Source: Octopus bimaculoides (lineage: Eukaryota). Taken from it: a stretch of 58,279 bases of DNA. Numbering within the stretch: position 1 is the stretch's first letter; every line of letters starts with the position of its first letter. The translations under genes and the position numbers were made by a program. Under the pieces are notes generated by a model that saw only the letters and a list, made by a program, of their open reading frames with translations, was not told where the DNA came from and did not search any database. Shown in pieces: positions 52,251-58,279 of this stretch. The stretch covers positions 6,294,670-6,352,948 of the forward strand of contig NC_068997.1 of assembly GCF_001194135.2 (NCBI RefSeq), given 5' to 3'.

Positions 52251-52860
52251 GTGACGAATAATTATTGGTCAGTATAATCAAAAAATAATAAGGAATAACT
52301 CAAGTGAATTAATGTCATGAATTTGGTTTGAAATTATTTCCGCTTACTTTGACACTTGCTAACATTTTTTACTAAATTTCAAATTTCATTTTCCAACTAA
52401 AAGGAAGATTCCAATTCATTGAAAAACTTTTGAGTTCATTATTCAGAACAGCTTATCTAAATTCATGTCATTGTCTCTTTTTAGTTATATCCCATAGTTC
52501 ATTATATTTGAACACTTTTCAGCTTATCGTACTTCGATACGAAAACAATTCATAACCTTCGTCTCCGTAAACCATTATTGTCTCTAAAAGTTGTTTCTTT
52601 TTATATATTTACTATGGATTGCTTGACGCTAACTTTCTTCCTACACCTCGATCCCTGGATCTTTATATATATATAGAGAGAGAGGTAATTCCATACTTGT
52701 TGTACTTATTCAATATCCGCATTTCATTCTTCCAAGGGATAGCTTTCTGCCGCTACTTAAAGAATGCGGCTATGTTCTCAAGTGAGTAAGTTTGAATGTC
52801 TAGTGATAGTTTGGCAACAGTTAAGAATTCTCTACACACAAAACTAAAGAGAAGAAGGTA

Positions 52861-52936
<76 letters not shown>

Positions 52937-53738
52937 TCTTACTGCACAGGTACATAACAATTACGGGCTTTCGTTTCTGTTTATACCCTACAAAATTAGT
53001 GGGTTTACATTCAGTATATACAACTGTATATATATGCATATATTTATATGCGTTTGTATTGTATTGATAGACGGATAAATACATTTGTCTATGTAGATGT
53101 ATTTCATTATGTTTCTGTATTTATTTGTACATTTATTCCACCTTCAAAGTCCTCAACTTTCAAGTCACAAGAGTGCAAGTTTGTTACATATTCCAGTTGA
53201 TTCTCAAACATACACTTTATAACATTATAACGATTCAACTAACTCGATATCACATATTTGTTATAACGGTACACTTTACAGGCCTCTGCTCTTGTTTGGT
53301 ATCAAAATACACAGAAATTCTGAATGGTTGGCATGCGTGGATTATCAAGTTTACTATACGATAGTTTATTATGCTTTATATGAGTTATTTCTATCTCAGT
53401 TCCAATAACATATGGAAATTATTATAAACTGCAAAGTATGGTTTTTAGCTTCAGTTTATTTCCTGGAAGTAAAAGGCTTTGAGATAAAATTCAAAAATAC
53501 TAAAGCAAACATGTCTGAAGTCAAAACTCAAGCTAAATCTGAAAAAAGAACCATTGTGTACAGTTTTATTATTTTTTGTTCTTATAATCATGTATATACT
53601 TGTACATAGAAACATATGCTTGCTCTACATCTTGGAGATTATTACACGAATACATACACATCATAGATTCGTTGACATATGGTGACTTACAAAAAATACT
53701 CATCTTGACTGAAATAAATAGAATATTTTATGTATGTA

Positions 53739-53771
<33 letters not shown>

Positions 53772-53855
53772 GACGGGTGTGCATGCATATGTCTGTGGGT
53801 GTGAATGTTTGTATTGCATTTATGTGTGTATTTACATACATCTGTATGTGTGTGC

Positions 53856-53930
<75 letters not shown>

Positions 53931-55879
53931 TATATACATACAGACATGTACAGATACATATATAGACATGTATACTGCTTTTTTATATGAATGTGTTTAT
54001 ATATAGGTATATAGATCACAAATACATGCATGTATACATATATCACACACACACACACACGCAAATATATACACACATCACCGTGTGTGTGTGTGTGTTA
54101 AAAATGGTAGTTTATAATCATAAAAATAGGCAAGCATTATCCTTTATAATTAAATTTAGCTGAACCCGGTGCAGCAGTGTTTGTATTTCTAAAGTATATT
54201 TTTAAATCTATAACATTTGGAAACAATGAAAAATTTAGAAAACAGGTTGTAGTCTTACATCCTTTCTTGTAAAACATAACATTGTTCCCGGAATATAATA
54301 GTTTAGTATTATCCAGTTCATAATACTAGTCAGAGTTACTAAAGTTTATTTGTATGTGAGGATATTCTAAAACGTCTTCATCGGCAAATTTGTGTAACTT
54401 GTACAACGTATTTTCCGTGAATTTAATATATATCCTGACTGATGATAGCTCACATTTATTCCATACATAAATATCATATTTATTTAATATATTCTACAAC
54501 TGAGTAAAACAATTATCTCGTTTGTTTAACTTCTAGAAATATATATTCAATGTGTGTCTGTGCATATGTATTTAAAGTCAATACAATCAAGCTTGTTGCC
54601 GTGAATGGTGATGATAGAAAAATAGATATGTTTCTCCAATTTCTTTTGATGAGACAAAGGCAAACGCCTTCTAAGTTAAACATGTGATTAAAGATAGTCC
54701 TAATGTGAATTGCTTTACTCAATTGTTAGAGAGTAGTAGCAGGCCTGAAAGGGTGGGCTTTCTCGGATTTCGGCATAACAAGTGTTGGGTTGCAAAACAC
54801 GAATAACAGAAACAGAGATACAGTTGTCAGTGGGAGGTAAATCCCTTGGTTTCGATGGCCTCTGTCCAACAAGCTGTCGAGATACGCGCTTGACTTGTTC
54901 GGTTGTCAGATTAAATGCCTACAGAAAGGAACTGCTTTGTCTGTGAGTGCTATTCTTCCGCACTACTTCGGAATATGTTGCTGCTCTATCTCATTGCCTT
55001 TGTACGTGTTAACTCTTGAACAACTATTGAAGAAGTGAAATATGTTTGGGGACATTTCTTTTGAACTGATTCGCGAGAAAGCCCTGTCGAAATACCGAGA
55101 CGGTATCCAACAACACTAAAAATGAAATAGTGTTGTACTAAAGGAGTACAAGGTGATAGAGAAGCACGAATTTATCCTGTTAAATCGGTGGTCTTGTAGC
55201 TTGGCATCTAGAGAGACCAGTGCATTCTGGCCAGCTTCATAAGTCGCTAGTCGGAAGAATATGCTAAGATATTCGGGGTCTGGTAAGTACCACCAGTTCT
55301 GGTAAGTACTACCACTTCCTAGGCAACTGGTTACAAAGCGCGAAGCCTTTTATATGAAGATATCAAGGGTGACAGAGGTGGAGCAAATTATTCAAGTGAG
55401 ATATGTACTGTGTTGAAGTATTTGGTCTGGCTTTTTGATTCTGGGGTCAAATCTCGGGTTGATAAAATAAAGTACCAATCAAGTACTAGAGTCGATAGTA
55501 CTGACTTTATCTTTTACTTTAAAACTGCTAGCCTTGTGGCTAAATCATCATCGTCACCATCATCATTATCATAATATTAATCGTCGTCGACGACGTCATT
55601 ATCGTCATCATTATTATTATTATTATTGAACTTTGATAATTAAATTAACGTGCATGGGAGCTGTTCATAAGGAAGAGACAAACTCAACTAGAAATCTCTT
55701 GCACCAGAGGCCGATTTGCTGCTCACACGTCACTCTCAGCAATAAGTAACGTCTATACAATGTTGTGCAGAGGTGAGTGGAAAGCAAAGACCTTATACTA
55801 ACTTAACTACTGAATTGCAGTAAATAATGTATCTATAATCCCATTTTCGTAAAACAGGAATTACATATTCGAGTGGTGT

Positions 55880-56010
55880 TCAATTGGTACATATTTTTTC
55901 GACTCCGAAAAGATGAAGAGCAAAGTCAACCTCGGCAGAATTTGAACTAAGAACATGAAGACGAACGAGTACGGCTAAGCTTTTTGCCCGACGCGCTAAA
56001 AGATTGTTAG
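55880..56010 (-). mobile_element. Decayed SINE family A copy (another fragment on + at about 55390-55545; a very decayed one on - at about 150-355)
   Basis: gatgaagagcaaagtcaacctcggcagaatttgaactaagaac..gctaagctttttgcccgacgcgctaa. Confidence 0.65.
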
Positions 56011-58279
56011 CTCCCAACTTTTCATTTCCCTACAAGGTGTTGATGTACTCTCAAAGAGGATCGGGCCAATCCAATTCCAAAACCACATTCTGGTCAGGCG
56101 AAATAAAAGGATCAACCTCCTCACCATGCTCGTCTTTCATGAAATTTGTTGGAAGAAGTAGTTCTGTCTTAAACTTCACTTCCTGCCTTAAGAAAAACTT
56201 GAAGTTTTGACCGAAGCCCTGTTTTCAGTCCTTTGAACATTTCCTAACTTCGTCCACCGTACTAGCTTTTTCGTTATAGTTACCAAGCAGGGGAAAACAA
56301 TTTACTCTTCCTTACCAAAGAAGGCTCTGGGTTGAACTCAGTGGTTTCTGTACAAAGCTAGATACCTATTACGCACCCTAACAGCTATTCTACACGATTT
56401 CATAAATTGACATACCATGAGCACCAAACGACTGAGTGTAGGAGGGTTTCGCCATCTTCCTTACATTTTTACAGGTCAGGTTGACACCAATGTTGTTCAG
56501 TGCATCCTCGTCGACTCCCAGAACAACCACAAAAACTTCGTTGTTCATAATCTGCATTAATACTTATTGAAATCCAAGGTTTAACATTGCGTCATCCATT
56601 CTGTCCAGTAATTAAAATGCTGTGAGCGCCTGATGTTACTCTAGATTCCGAGAATCCATTAGCAATATATGCTTGACCAAATTTTGCAGCTTAGTTATAA
56701 GAGTGAGGTATAAGGAACGGGTGTCTGGCTATCGATGACCATATCGGCAGAAATCTGTTTTGATGAACCAGCTCAGCATATCACAGCATTCTGAACACCG
56801 TTGTGGGTATTAGCAATAGATGAGTTTTCTGATGAAAAAAAAACTTCTCTCTTCAAGAAACAGAATAACAGATGCTCTGATCTAGGCAGTCATTTCCTGT
56901 GGTTGGCAACGTTGGGAACAAATTTAAGAGGGAAATAGACACATGAAAAGTGGAGAAACGGTTTTAAAAGAAAAATTGAAAGAACTAACAAAAGTAAAAA
57001 GAAGAGAAACACACATCAGAACAGTCGACAGTGAAGAGATAAGAAGTAACATAAAAAAGGAAAAAGAAATGAAGATAAAAAAAAACACCGAACCAAGGTA
57101 GCCAAATCGTAGCCTGAAGTGTCGTTACTCCTTGGGGTTACTGTAGATATGCTGACATTTGATATAAATGAATAACATTACATGAGCTTTTTATAATTAA
57201 TATGATTTGCATTGACAGGGAAGTTTTCCTGACCATGTAAATACTCAAGTTTACTTAAACCAATATGACCTCATTATCCTAACAATATATTGAAATTTGT
57301 TCATGTTTTTAACGTGAAAAAAAAAATGTTTAGCATCGGTTGCAGGTCGGACAAGTTAAACATTAATTTGTTTTAGTGTATGCAGTACAGAAGTTCAACA
57401 GTAACTAGAATAGTGAGAGATAAGAGGAGACACATTGCCAGGGAAGCAATAGAAAATATATAAATACTTCAGTTAAAACCGTTGTTTTTTTTTTATGATC
57501 TTACATTTTCGTAGAAACTTAGAAACGCAATGGTTCTTCTTTCATTTAACATTTACACAACCTATAAATATTTGCCGAAACCTGGCAATTTTAATAGAAT
57601 TACTAAACTCGATTACTTCAGGGCATATCACGTAAATGTTGTACACTAATTGTCAAAAGTATGTTAGTATAGACATAACTGTGTGTTTAAGTTTCCCACG
57701 AAACTACGCAGTTTCGGGTTCAATTCCTCTGACCGTCTTCTACCATAGCCTTGTTTCAACCAAAACATCGTTAATTAAATCTAGAAGACAAAAACAATAC
57801 TGAATCCCATCACAAGTACTGTTCTGCCGTTCTGTTCCTTCTGTGTCTTTAATGGAACCCACTTCGACATCAGTTTTGAAGGCGACAGTCTAATAACTTC
57901 CTCCCACCGGTCTTGGGAGCTTCCTTTTTTTCTGACTAATGTCAGAAAATTTGTTTTAAAACAACAAAAAATGAATTGCAGATATCATCTACACAGGATA
58001 GAACGATTAAATAATGGTGACTCTACTGAAGTGGATGATCTTTAACCGAGTCGAAATTATCTTTCCATTATTAAATACATCATACTCGTACATCAAAACA
58101 TTGTTTAAGATCAACATTTAATAACTCTACATTGTTATACTCAGCTACATAACTATTTTGTCATTTCGAAGGTTGTCATTACATAATTTCCTGACAATGA
58201 TTGATTAAAATAAGCATTTTTGGAACTATATATGTGTGAGTGCATGCGTATGTATGTATATATATATATATATATATAT

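Larger units (their letters stand above)
70..53960. repeat. Dispersed microsatellites
   Basis: (AAT)n at 80-135, 40110, 47585, 47745, 48150, 49530, 51095; (GATA)n at 35255 and 36435; (TATG)n at 20335; (GACA)n at 49085; (GAT)n at 50365; (TAG)n at 45291; many (AT)n, (GT)n and (GA)n. They explain the YIYI, CVCV, THTH, LSIY, NNNN and IIII ORFs. Confidence 0.95.

Noticed and set aside
3808-53990. Long ORFs in the track containing X runs or YIYI/CVCV/THTH/LSIY/ERER repeats
   Set aside because: They are translations of N gaps and microsatellites, not genes.

Overview
AT-rich, repeat-dense animal genomic DNA from a gapped short-read assembly. It has 11 N-gaps, most flanked by microsatellites. The SINE families and repeat content point to an octopus or other coleoid cephalopod (inference). 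Almost all ORFs in the supplied track are microsatellite, gap or transposon artefacts. One real protein-coding gene can be assembled on the minus strand from four GT-AG exons with matching phases: 44245-43718, 19109-18970, 13349-13299 and 4912-4620 (introns 24.6, 5.6 and 8.4 kb). It encodes at least 337 aa: a signal peptide, a complete CpcT/CpeT (T-type phycobiliprotein lyase-like) domain, a basic linker partly encoded by an in-frame-skippable 51-nt microexon, and the start of a probable VirK-like domain. The 3' exon(s) were not found and probably lie left of the window. A secreted animal protein fusing two domains best known from cyanobacteria/plants and plant-associated bacteria is the main candidate for an undescribed system. 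The rest is transposon-derived: three tRNA-SINE families, RTE, CR1-like and R4/Dong LINE pieces, two mariner relics, a Penelope GIY-YIG fragment, decayed hammerhead-ribozyme motifs and possible Helitron ends. All family assignments come from remembered motifs, not database searches.
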